Source: Planctomycetota bacterium (GTDB lineage Bacteria; Planctomycetota; B15-G4). Taken from it: a stretch of 64,000 nt of DNA. Location of the stretch: positions 1,920,001 through 1,984,000 of the forward strand of contig CBDFJQ010000002.1 of NCBI GenBank assembly GCA_965248575.1. Direction: 5' to 3'. Positions 57,365 through 64,000 of this stretch are shown here, one piece after another. Below the pieces are notes generated by a model. It did not search any database. It worked only from the letters and a program-made list of their open reading frames with translations, and had not been told where the DNA came from. The first letter of the stretch is position 1; the number at the start of each line of letters is the position of its first letter. Made by a program: the position numbers and the translations under genes.

Positions 57365-57963
57365 AAGGCCGCCTCAGCTGCCCGCGCTTCCTTCAGCATG
57401 CGACAGGCGCCCCACAGGATCAGCAGACCGATGCCCGTGCCCACTGCCAGGTCCCACACGGGGTTCTGGGTCCAGGCCACCGCCAGGCCGCTCACGATGA
57501 CGGCGCCGTTCGCGATCACATCGTTCTGGGTGAAGATGTAGCTCGCCCGCATGTGCACGCCGCCTTCGCGATGGGCGGCCACGAGGCGCAGGCAGAAGAT
57601 GTTGGCGACCAGCGCCAACATCGCCACCCCGATCATGAAGGCCGGATCCGGGTCACTGCCCCTCAGCATGCGGCGCGCCACCTCCGCCAGGCCCAGGAAG
57701 CCCAGCGCCAGCTGCACATAGCCCCCCAAGCGTGCAGCGAACACCTTCGAGTCGGGGGATTGAGAGACCGCCCAGAGCGCCACGGCATAGACGACCCCAT
57801 CGGCAAACATGTCGAAGGAGTCACCCACCAAGGCCGTGGACTCAGCACCCAGCCCGGCGAAGATCTCCACCAGGAACATGCCCCCGTTCACGGCCAGCAG
57901 CGTCCAGAGCACACGCGAGTGCTCTGCTGTCTTCGCCTCGAACTCGCACCCGCAATCAGCCAC
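57361..57963 (-). CDS. Cation diffusion facilitator-like transporter (TM domain only)
   Basis: N-terminal CGC, STALVGDSFDMFAD, HMRAS...NDVIAN, WDL. ATAA-type overlap with the methyltransferase start. Confidence 0.85.
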   Translation of the reverse strand: MADCGCEFEAKTAEHSRVLWTLLAVNGGMFLVEIFAGLGAESTALVGDSFDMFADGVVYAVALWAVSQSPDSKVFAARLGGYVQLALGFLGLAEVARRMLRGSDPDPAFMIGVAMLALVANIFCLRLVAAHREGGVHMRASYIFTQNDVIANGAVIVSGLAVAWTQNPVWDLAVGTGIGLLILWGACRMLKEARAAEAAL

Positions 57964-58072
57964 CGATCCTCCCTGCGAGGGACGCTTCCACAGTGGCCCG
58001 GGTGTGCAGATGTGCAGCGGACCAGCTCACCGCATGCAGGCTACCAGACGCGAAAGACGTTCGGTCCCCCGC

Positions 58073-58546
58073 TCAGCCCGCCAGCAACCTCGTCATGTGC
58101 ACGCTGTATGGGTCCTCAGGGTAGTCAGCGAAAGGGGCGCAGAGCTCGAAGCCGAAGCGTTCATACAGCGCTCGCGCCGGGGCAAAGGCCTCGCCGGAGC
58201 CCGTCTCGAGACTCACGCGGGTGTAGCCACGCCGCCGCGCTTCCTTGAGCATGTGTTCGACCAAGGCCGCCGCCACGCCCTTGCGCAGGTGGGTGCTTGC
58301 AGTGCGCATGGACTTCAGTTCGCCCTGACGTCCGTCGAGTTCCTTCAGCGCTCCGCAACCCACCAGGGTGGCGCCCAGCCAAGCCGACCAGAAGCTCACG
58401 CCGGGAGCCCGCAAGGCGTCGAGGTCGAGAGCATGCACGCTCTCCGGCGGTGAGTGCAGGGCCACCGTCGCCAGGTGCTCGCGCAAGAGCGCTTGGACCT
58501 CAGGCCCGCGTAGGGCGTCTTCGCGGATCTCGAAGGGAGCACTCAT
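58073..58546 (-). CDS. GNAT N-acetyltransferase (YedL/YsnE-like)
   Basis: SPPESVHALD, GELKSMRT, RKGVA, SLETG, LYERFGF, PFADY. Confidence 0.9.
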   Translation of the reverse strand: MSAPFEIREDALRGPEVQALLREHLATVALHSPPESVHALDLDALRAPGVSFWSAWLGATLVGCGALKELDGRQGELKSMRTASTHLRKGVAAALVEHMLKEARRRGYTRVSLETGSGEAFAPARALYERFGFELCAPFADYPEDPYSVHMTRLLAG

Positions 58547-58559
58547 GCGCGGCGGACGC

Positions 58560-58772
58560 CTACTCTTCGCTGCTCGACTGCTCGGCCGCAGCTATCTGGA
58601 GCACGACGCCTATAGCCACGCCGATACCCGCGCCGAGCGAGACACCGATGGCCACGTTGTCGAAGGCGGCGCCCAACCCGGCGCCCAACCCGGCCCCAAC
58701 CCCCACGCCGATGGCGATGCCCGACACCATCTGCGGGGCCGGAGGGGGCGACTCGTTGTCTGGCTCGCTCAT
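58560..58772 (-). CDS. Small glycine-zipper membrane protein
   Basis: GIAIGVGVGAGLGAGLGAAFDNVAIGVSLGAGIGVAIG. Confidence 0.7.
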   Translation of the reverse strand: MSEPDNESPPPAPQMVSGIAIGVGVGAGLGAGLGAAFDNVAIGVSLGAGIGVAIGVVLQIAAAEQSSSEE

Positions 58773-58824
58773 GTCAGGGTCCGTTGAAGGCGCGGGACAG
58801 CAGTCTACCTCGCCGCCAGCCTCG

Positions 58825-59223
58825 CTAGTCCTGCAAGCTGACCTTGGGCAGGATGAGCTGTGTGAAGTCCCCGCCTTCGATGGAGAGCAGCTGTTCCATC
58901 ATGGTCGAGGCCTCCGCGACGACTGCCGCGAAGGGTTCATACTCTTGTGCCTCGGCGGCCGTGATGGAGATGAAGCTGACCTCCAGGGAGGTCACCGCGA
59001 GCTGCGCAACCCAGACCGGGTCCAAGGCAGGCCCGCGGTACTCGACCGCCGCATCGCTCAGGCGCAGGTGCCTCCCGTCCGAAGACTCCAGGTCGATGGG
59101 CGCGCCCAACACCTGAGCCACCCTCACGCTCTGCGATTCCTGATCGGCGGCCGTTCCGCAAGCTGCCAGCAGGAGCATCAGCCAGGCCATGCAGCCAACA
59201 AGCCAACGGTTCTTGGACGTCAT
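58825..59223 (-). CDS. Hypothetical lipoprotein
   Basis: Start at ATG 59223 overlapping the upstream TGA; lipobox LLAAC. Confidence 0.7.
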   Translation of the reverse strand: MTSKNRWLVGCMAWLMLLLAACGTAADQESQSVRVAQVLGAPIDLESSDGRHLRLSDAAVEYRGPALDPVWVAQLAVTSLEVSFISITAAEAQEYEPFAAVVAEASTMMEQLLSIEGGDFTQLILPKVSLQD

Positions 59224-59765
59224 CCAGAATCCTCGCCGGTTGAGGCTGGCCGCGAGATGGCGTAGCGCAGCGCCTTCAGTCCCTCCTCTTCGTACTCGCC
59301 GTCCGGGTGCATGCCCACCTTCTCGAGCACCCGGATCGAGCCTCTGTTCTCGGGTAGGACCAGGCCGATGATCTGCGGCAGGCCCAGGGTCTCGAAGCCG
59401 TAGGCGATGCTTGCCGCGCAGGCTTCCGTCGCCAGGCCGCGGCCCCAGTGCTCGGGCAGGAAGCGATAGCCCACGTCCACGGCGTCCAGCTCCGGTAGGT
59501 ACTTCAGGCCGCAAAAGCCGATCAGCCGTTGGGTCTGCTTGAGCACGCAACCCCAGCGCCCATAACCCACCGTGTCGAAGTCGGGGTAGTTCTCGATGGC
59601 AGTACGCGCCTGGGCTACGGATTCCAGGGGCGGCTCCCCCGTCATGCGCATGACCTCGGGATGCCCGTTGAGAGCGAAGAAGTCCTCGGCATCAGTGGCG
59701 ACCATGGCGCGATGAAGCAGCCGTGTCGTCTCCGGGCCCAACCGGTGGTCCATGGGTTGCTTCAT
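59220..59765 (-). CDS. GNAT N-acetyltransferase (RimJ/RimL-like)
   Basis: ETTRLL, GYGRW, IGFCGL, DVGYRF...WGRGLATEA, N.GSIRVLEKVGM. Confidence 0.92.
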   Translation of the reverse strand: MKQPMDHRLGPETTRLLHRAMVATDAEDFFALNGHPEVMRMTGEPPLESVAQARTAIENYPDFDTVGYGRWGCVLKQTQRLIGFCGLKYLPELDAVDVGYRFLPEHWGRGLATEACAASIAYGFETLGLPQIIGLVLPENRGSIRVLEKVGMHPDGEYEEEGLKALRYAISRPASTGEDSG

Positions 59766-59893
59766 GGGTGATGTCTCGCGTTCCATCGGGTGCTCAATTG
59801 TGGGCCGGTGCGAGGAACGGTTCGGTGAAATGTGAACTCGCAGGCGGCGCAGGAGTGCAGCGCCCGCTTCTCCAGCTTGAGATCGATCTCCAT
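59762..59893 (-). CDS. Possible 43-aa CxxC micro-ORF coupled to the downstream GNAT
   Basis: Purine-rich RBS (GGAGGAGG...GAGAGG) then MEIDLKLEKRALHSCAACEFTFHRTVPRTGPQLSTRWNARHHP*. The stop overlaps the GNAT ATG (ATGA). Confidence 0.35.
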   Translation of the reverse strand: MEIDLKLEKRALHSCAACEFTFHRTVPRTGPQLSTRWNARHHP

Positions 59894-60039
59894 CCTCTCA
59901 GCCTCCTCCTGTGGTGTGAGCCTGCTGCCGCCGCGCTGACCCGCTCGCTCCCAGCTTGTCCAACGGCCCCACCGGCGGCCCAGTCTAGCAGAGGGCTGAC
60001 GACGCCACCCTTGGCCTTGTCTCTTGGAAACGGGGGTGC

Positions 60040-60375
60040 TCAGTCGAGCTGGGAAGCCACACGTTCCGTGACGAGCTTCACGAGCTCGGGATCCATGAAG
60101 GTGTAGTCGTCCGGGATGTCCAACACATGCACAGGCTTGTCGCCCAGCGCATCCCGGTGCTCAGCCCGCAGCCGGGTCGCGTGACGACGCTCCATGACAA
60201 ACACCTGATCGGACCACTCGACGTCCCCCCGGCGCAGCACGCGCGTCGCCGCACTGCTGACACCCCGAGCCCGGCAGGCATAGCGAGGGTCCCTGGAGAA
60301 GACGCGCTCGGCTGTGGGACTCCGCCACTGGGCGCGACTGCACACGAAGAGCAAGTTGAGGCGCGGGCTGGGCAT
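60040..60375 (-). CDS. Low-molecular-weight protein-tyrosine phosphatase-like protein
   Basis: LLFVCSRAQWRSPTAE (CX5RS), WSDQVFVME, LDIPDDY..MDPEL. Confidence 0.9.
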   Translation of the reverse strand: MPSPRLNLLFVCSRAQWRSPTAERVFSRDPRYACRARGVSSAATRVLRRGDVEWSDQVFVMERRHATRLRAEHRDALGDKPVHVLDIPDDYTFMDPELVKLVTERVASQLD

Positions 60376-60422
60376 GAGTGGTCGGGTTGGCTCTGAGGCG
60401 TCACGGCTTGTTGGTCAGGCCA

Positions 60423-60758
60423 TCAAGCGTCCACCTCGCCCCCCTCACTGGTCCTCACGATTGCTATGCCTATTCCTCCGACATGGCTGGCCGCCCAATT
60501 GTAGGCGAAGCCAAAGAGGATCCCCATGATGTAGCCCCCAACAGCGGCAATGACTGGACCGAAGAGCACTCCGTACAGTGTGGAACGGTCAAAGATCGAC
60601 ATGAGCCCCTCTCCCGGAGACAGGCCGTTTTCTCCCATGAAGACCAACGCCGCGGGAATGCCAAACACGATCTCAACACCTGCTCGAAAGATCGCGAGGA
60701 TCTTGGCTGTCGCGAGTGGGTCTATGCTTCGCAGCTCTGCGGTGTACTTTCGTTCCAC
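60423..60758 (-). CDS. Hypothetical membrane protein (DUF3566-like), cassette gene
   Basis: ELRSIDPLATAKI...AYNWAASHVGGI. RBS GAGGAG lies right after the attC. Confidence 0.7.
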   Translation of the reverse strand: MERKYTAELRSIDPLATAKILAIFRAGVEIVFGIPAALVFMGENGLSPGEGLMSIFDRSTLYGVLFGPVIAAVGGYIMGILFGFAYNWAASHVGGIGIAIVRTSEGGEVDA

Positions 60759-60772
60759 TTAGGCTCTCCTCT

Positions 60773-60839
60773 GTCTAGCGGACTGACGGTTCAGCGGCGG
60801 GTCACGTAGCGGCCCGGTCGTCGCTAGCGCTGGTTGGAC
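60773..60839 (-). repeat. attC-like site 1
   Basis: Minus strand: GTCCAAC cagcgctagcg...ccgctgaac cgtcagtcc GCTAGAC. 67 bp, collinear with sites 2 and 4. Confidence 0.75.
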
Positions 60840-60866
60840 GGCTCTCGGGCTGCTGAGCCGGCCAAA

Positions 60867-61496
60867 TCACTTGACCACCCCTCCAGCTCGGCGTGCAGCC
60901 GCGATTCTCAATGCGCCGGCGGCACCAGGTGGCACCTCGCTCTCGTCGTCGCGCGCTGCCCGATCTGAATCGCTTGCCTCCCGCGCGACGTCAAGCAAGT
61001 CGGCAACACTTCGATTCGCCGCTTCGGGATCGATCACTGTGAACACCTCAGAAACGAACTCGCGGCGGAGGCTGGCGATGGCTGCGCCGACACTCGGGAA
61101 GGGCGCTGAGTCCAGCTGACCATCGATCAATCGCGCAACGGCAACGAGCGGATCGAGCGCACGATGTCGCCAACCCCGGTAGGCGGCCGGCTTGTGGAGG
61201 CCAACCCTATCGCGCTCCACATTGGGCAACAGGAACCGACCTTGGTCGATCAGCGCAGACAGCCGCGTCCTGTTCGGGTGCCGAGCTTCGGTAGAAGACG
61301 CCTCGTCGGCAGCCTCTAGCTCCGCAAGAACCCCCACTGCCTCGCATGCCCAGGAACGAACGTCTCGTCTCCAGTCAGCGACGTAGGCTACCGCGCTGAG
61401 TCGGTTCTGACGCGTCGCGGCCAAGTACGCAGCCAGCGCCAGGGCCAGTGACAACGCCGCGACGGCGAAATCCGCGTCGTCAAATTCCATGCTCAC
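60867..61496 (-). CDS. Hypothetical protein with N-terminal TM, cassette gene
   Basis: 209-aa ORF bounded by two attC-like sites. Confidence 0.7.
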   Translation of the reverse strand: MSMEFDDADFAVAALSLALALAAYLAATRQNRLSAVAYVADWRRDVRSWACEAVGVLAELEAADEASSTEARHPNRTRLSALIDQGRFLLPNVERDRVGLHKPAAYRGWRHRALDPLVAVARLIDGQLDSAPFPSVGAAIASLRREFVSEVFTVIDPEAANRSVADLLDVAREASDSDRAARDDESEVPPGAAGALRIAAARRAGGVVK

Positions 61497-61507
61497 CCAA
61501 TCGATTC

Positions 61508-61574
61508 GTCAAACGTATCTACGATTCAGCACCGGGGTGCTGGGCGCCTCGGCCATTGACAGCGCTGGATTGAC
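61508..61574 (-). repeat. attC-like site 2
   Basis: Minus strand: GTCAATC cagcgctgtc...gtgctgaat cgtagatac GTTTGAC. 67 bp, 6 bp after a stop codon. Confidence 0.65.
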
Positions 61575-61580
61575 AGCGCC

Positions 61581-61994
61581 CTAGCCCTTCACCTTCTTCA
61601 TGATCACGCTTGGCCGCGTAACGAAGACCACGATCATGCCAACCACAAACAATACTGCACCTGGTCCAGCATCGGAAAGCGTCGACTCCAGACCGAGGAC
61701 CGCAGCTGTCCAGGCGGTGGATCCGCTCACACCTCTTAGAAAAAGGATCAGGCCTCCCAAGATGCAAACCAATCCGAGCAGCAGGCCCAGGCGTGCATAC
61801 GCGTACTCATGTGTCACGGACTGCTCAGCTAGCTTGGCGGAATGAGAACCCGCTGAGGCCCCCAGGGGCGAGCCCGAGGATTTCCAGTCGGTTCGACCGA
61901 AATCCACATCCTCGAACTCGGCTCGTGCTTGATCAGGGCTCAGAAAAGACTCGTGACCGAACTGAGATTGTTTTCGCTCTTCTCCTCGATTCAT
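61581..61994 (-). CDS. Hypothetical two-TM protein, cassette gene
   Basis: Likely start at ATG 61994, downstream of attC 3. Two TM helices, the second preceded by DAGPG. Confidence 0.7.
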   Translation of the reverse strand: MNRGEERKQSQFGHESFLSPDQARAEFEDVDFGRTDWKSSGSPLGASAGSHSAKLAEQSVTHEYAYARLGLLLGLVCILGGLILFLRGVSGSTAWTAAVLGLESTLSDAGPGAVLFVVGMIVVFVTRPSVIMKKVKG

Positions 61995-62032
61995 CTGTGC
62001 ATCTCCTTTGCCAAGCGGCTCTCTTCTCGTCT

Positions 62033-62085
62033 GTCTAACCACCCTACAGCAGCTGTGAGACCGGCCGCAGCATTCCGAGTTAGGC
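62033..62085 (-). repeat. attC-like site 3 (intact R boxes, short)
   Basis: Minus strand: GCCTAAC tcggaatgctgcggccggtctcacagctgctgtagggtg GTTAGAC. Perfect RYYYAAC/GTTRRRY, 3 bp after a stop, 53 bp. Confidence 0.75.
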
Positions 62086-62088
62086 AGC

Positions 62089-62682
62089 TCACGATGGTCG
62101 CTCACCGCGTCGTTGAATCTCACGGAGTTGCTCCACTCGTGCTCTGTCCTTTTCTCTGCGGGGGACGGTCAGCCGAGTCAAGATGTCATCGATGTGAGCC
62201 ACCCACACGTCGTGCCCCTCATATGAGTTGAGGCTTGCCCTCGGCCTGAGTTCGTCATAGCTGCCCGCAAGCTTTGGAACCACATCGAAGTTGCCGAGCT
62301 TCGTGACATACAGCTGGTCAAGCGTGTCCAGGTTCGTCACATCCGGAACCCAAGCAGCCAGCTCTTCCTCAGTCGTCGGCCGCGACTTCCATTTCTTCTC
62401 TCCGGACTCCGAATCTTGCCACTCTCCAAACGGGCCAAGGGGCTGAGCTTCGATTTCACGAAGCGACAACACCAAGTTCGAGATGTTGGCATGGCTGCAT
62501 TCCGGTGCGATGTCGAGATCACCGGGCCGAACCTCTGCGCCGTAGGTCGCGGCAGCTACCGAACCCACCAAGACGAAGCGCACCTCGTTTCTCGCCAAGA
62601 CCTGGAGCAACTCCGCGACCTTCGGAATGCCCTGGGGATGGCGACGTGCCGTGAACTCAGAGTTGTTCTTTCGAGGGTTCAT
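62089..62682 (-). CDS. Nucleotidyltransferase-fold (MNT-like) protein, cassette gene
   Basis: VRFVLVGSVAAATYG...GDLDI, TKLGNFDV, RREKD. Confidence 0.75.
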   Translation of the reverse strand: MNPRKNNSEFTARRHPQGIPKVAELLQVLARNEVRFVLVGSVAAATYGAEVRPGDLDIAPECSHANISNLVLSLREIEAQPLGPFGEWQDSESGEKKWKSRPTTEEELAAWVPDVTNLDTLDQLYVTKLGNFDVVPKLAGSYDELRPRASLNSYEGHDVWVAHIDDILTRLTVPRREKDRARVEQLREIQRRGERPS

Positions 62683-62687
62683 TGCCT

Positions 62688-62754
62688 GGCTAGGGGGCTA
62701 GGGATTCAGCGGCCGGCCGCGCAGCGGACAGACCGTTGCTAGCGCTTGTTGGCG
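62688..62754 (-). repeat. attC-like site 4
   Basis: Minus strand: CGCCAAC aagcgctagcaacg...ccgctgaat ccctagccc CCTAGCC. 48/67 identical to site 1 without gaps (manual count). Confidence 0.75.
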
Positions 62755-62767
62755 TTCTCGGAAGCAT

Positions 62768-63232
62768 CTAGTTTGCGCCTGCCTTGTAGAAGAGGAACAC
62801 GAGGACCAGGAGCCAGAGATTCAGCGTCCACGCCCACTGGTACCGCCGCTTGGCGCCTGTGCCCATCGTGGACCGCTGGCTAAGCAAGCCCCCGAGCAGG
62901 GCGAGCGAGTAGAGCTGCAATGGCGGAAAGATCAGCCCAAGAGCTGCAGCACGATAGGCTCGTTCGATCTTGGATTCAGTCGATTCGGGTGCAGCGTCGC
63001 CTTCCTCTGAACGACTGCGATGCTCGGCGAGAATCGAGGTTGCCTTGTCGGCCTGACCTTGCAACACCTGGAGCTTGATGCCTCCGACGGCGTTCCCAAG
63101 GTGCCAAGCGGTTGAGACAAGCTCCTCATCCGCCAAGCATGCAGTGATCCCTTCGGACTCCAGGTGGTAGAGCGCGAGATGCGCCTCCTCGGGGGTGGAA
63201 TAGGATTCGACAGTCACCAGCTCATCAGCCAT
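62768..63232 (-). CDS. DUF2007-like (putative signal-transducing) membrane protein, cassette gene
   Basis: LVTVESYSTPEEAHLALYHLESEGI...GGIKLQV...ADKATSIL plus C-terminal TMs. RBS GGAGGAG. Confidence 0.82.
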   Translation of the reverse strand: MADELVTVESYSTPEEAHLALYHLESEGITACLADEELVSTAWHLGNAVGGIKLQVLQGQADKATSILAEHRSRSEEGDAAPESTESKIERAYRAAALGLIFPPLQLYSLALLGGLLSQRSTMGTGAKRRYQWAWTLNLWLLVLVFLFYKAGAN

Positions 63233-63249
63233 GGAATGCTCCTCCGTCA

Positions 63250-63304
63250 ACCTACTGCACCTGCCGTTCAACGGCCGGGCGACGTCTGCTACAGCTTGTC
63301 AGGC
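63250..63304 (-). repeat. attC-like site 5 (degenerate)
   Basis: Minus strand: GCCTGAC aagctgtagcagacg...gccgttgaac ggcaggtgc AGTAGGT, overlapping the upstream stop codon. Confidence 0.5.
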
Positions 63305-63692
63305 TAGCCCTCTCCATCTCCTCGCAACTCCCACCCGAACAACCCGGCGAGCCACGACGCAAAGGTCTCTCGTGACTTCACCATGTCCCGGAGTGCGTCT
63401 TGCTTCATGGACACGCTCGCACAGTCCAAGCAGTAGTGCAGCTGAGTCCCCTCAATGCTCCCAGGGAGAAGGCTCGCTCTCTCGCACCGAGGGCACTCCC
63501 TGGAGAAACCCTCTTCGGCGGCTACGAATGCTCCGTGCGACCAATCAAAGCCCCATCGACCTGGCCGATCACTTGCGGCCTCGAACTCGTCGGGTCCAAG
63601 CCAGACTGCAGAGCACCTCCAGCACACATCGACTTCGACGGTGTCCGAGACGGTCTTGGGAAGCATCTCGGTGCGGCAGTAGGGCATTTCAT
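63304..63692 (-). CDS. Double zinc-ribbon (zf-TFIIB-like) protein, apparent 1-nt deletion at codon 4
   Basis: YCRTEM...EVDVCWRCSAVWL and ECPRC...YCLDC. The upstream ATGAAATGCCC (MKCP) is out of frame by one base. Confidence 0.7.
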
Positions 63693-63708
63693 GACTCGTG
63701 CTCGGCCT

Positions 63709-63769
63709 GTCTGGCGCGGTTGTTGATCCGTGGCCGGATGATGCCTGGTCCGGCAGCGTCGGGTTGGAC
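63709..63769 (-). repeat. attC-like site 6 (degenerate)
   Basis: Minus strand: GTCCAAC ccgacgctgccgga...tccggccacggatcaacaaccgc GCCAGAC. 61 bp with an inner ccgga/tccgg stem. Confidence 0.5.
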
Positions 63770-63832
63770 TGTTCTTGCTGAGGCTTGTTTGACGTTCTCA
63801 ACTGAAATGTACCCGAGACCTCGTCTTCTGAC

Positions 63833-64000
63833 TCAAGGTGCGTGCTCTTTCTCCAGGCCACCCCACGCGCGTAGTACGCGCCCGGTGAAGTCACCCTCCA
63901 CACATTGAACGTAATGCGCTGCTACCTGCGCCGCGGAAACCAACCCCACTCTGACTTTGTCAACCGGCACCACCGGTGCCGGACTGACGACGTTGATGCG
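63833..64000 (-). CDS. Short-chain dehydrogenase/reductase, C-terminal fragment (5' end outside window)
   Basis: Manual translation: RINVVSPAPVV...VSAAQVAAHYVQCVEGDFTGRVLRAWGGLEKEHAP*. Confidence 0.7.
   Translation of the reverse strand, partial: RINVVSPAPVVPVDKVRVGLVSAAQVAAHYVQCVEGDFTGRVLRAWGGLEKEHAP

Larger units (their letters stand above)
60410..64000 (-). mobile_element. Integron-type gene cassette array with degenerate attC sites (integrase not in window)
   Basis: Small unrelated co-oriented genes, each separated by a 53-67 bp imperfect palindrome bounded by R''/R'-like boxes. Visibly more A/T than the rest of the window. Confidence 0.75.

Noticed and set aside
57975..58015. MerR-type operator upstream of the CDF-like transporter
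   Set aside because: There is no convincing dyad symmetry or -35/-10 pair, and no MerR gene nearby.
60773..63769. CRISPR array interpretation of the recurring intergenic repeats
   Set aside because: The repeats are 53-67 bp, divergent and separated by whole genes, and there are no cas genes.
63693..63903. N-terminal extension of ORF 63304..63903
   Set aside because: It runs through attC-like site 6 and overlaps the SDR gene; the real start is near 63692.

Overview
High-GC bacterial DNA, probably Planctomycetota (inferred from a planctomycete-type cytochrome c domain, a DUF1570-like peptidase, a sulfatase, three FG-GAP/ASPIC-UnbV lipoproteins and a carboxypeptidase-regulatory-like repeat protein). 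Left to right: a truncated sulfatase; a secreted protein/ECF sigma/anti-sigma module followed by giant FG-GAP/ASPIC-UnbV lipoproteins; a MoxR-VWA-amidase operon; a subtilase; transporters; two divergent pseudopilin-like genes; a MacAB-type ABC exporter; a DUF1028 Ntn-hydrolase; glpD and a glycerophosphodiesterase next to a frameshifted phoU relic; an atypical 8-gene cbb3-like oxidase operon; an M28 peptidase; and about 10 kb of small co-oriented minus-strand genes. In the oxidase operon, subunit I keeps all six His and the cross-link Tyr but carries unusual active-site carboxylates, and there is no canonical CcoP or CcoH. The right-most genes (60.4-64 kb) are each separated by a degenerate attC-like site, which suggests a decaying integron cassette array with no integrase inside the window. 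No rRNA, tRNA, CRISPR array or transposase was seen. All calls come from manual motif reading, not database searches.
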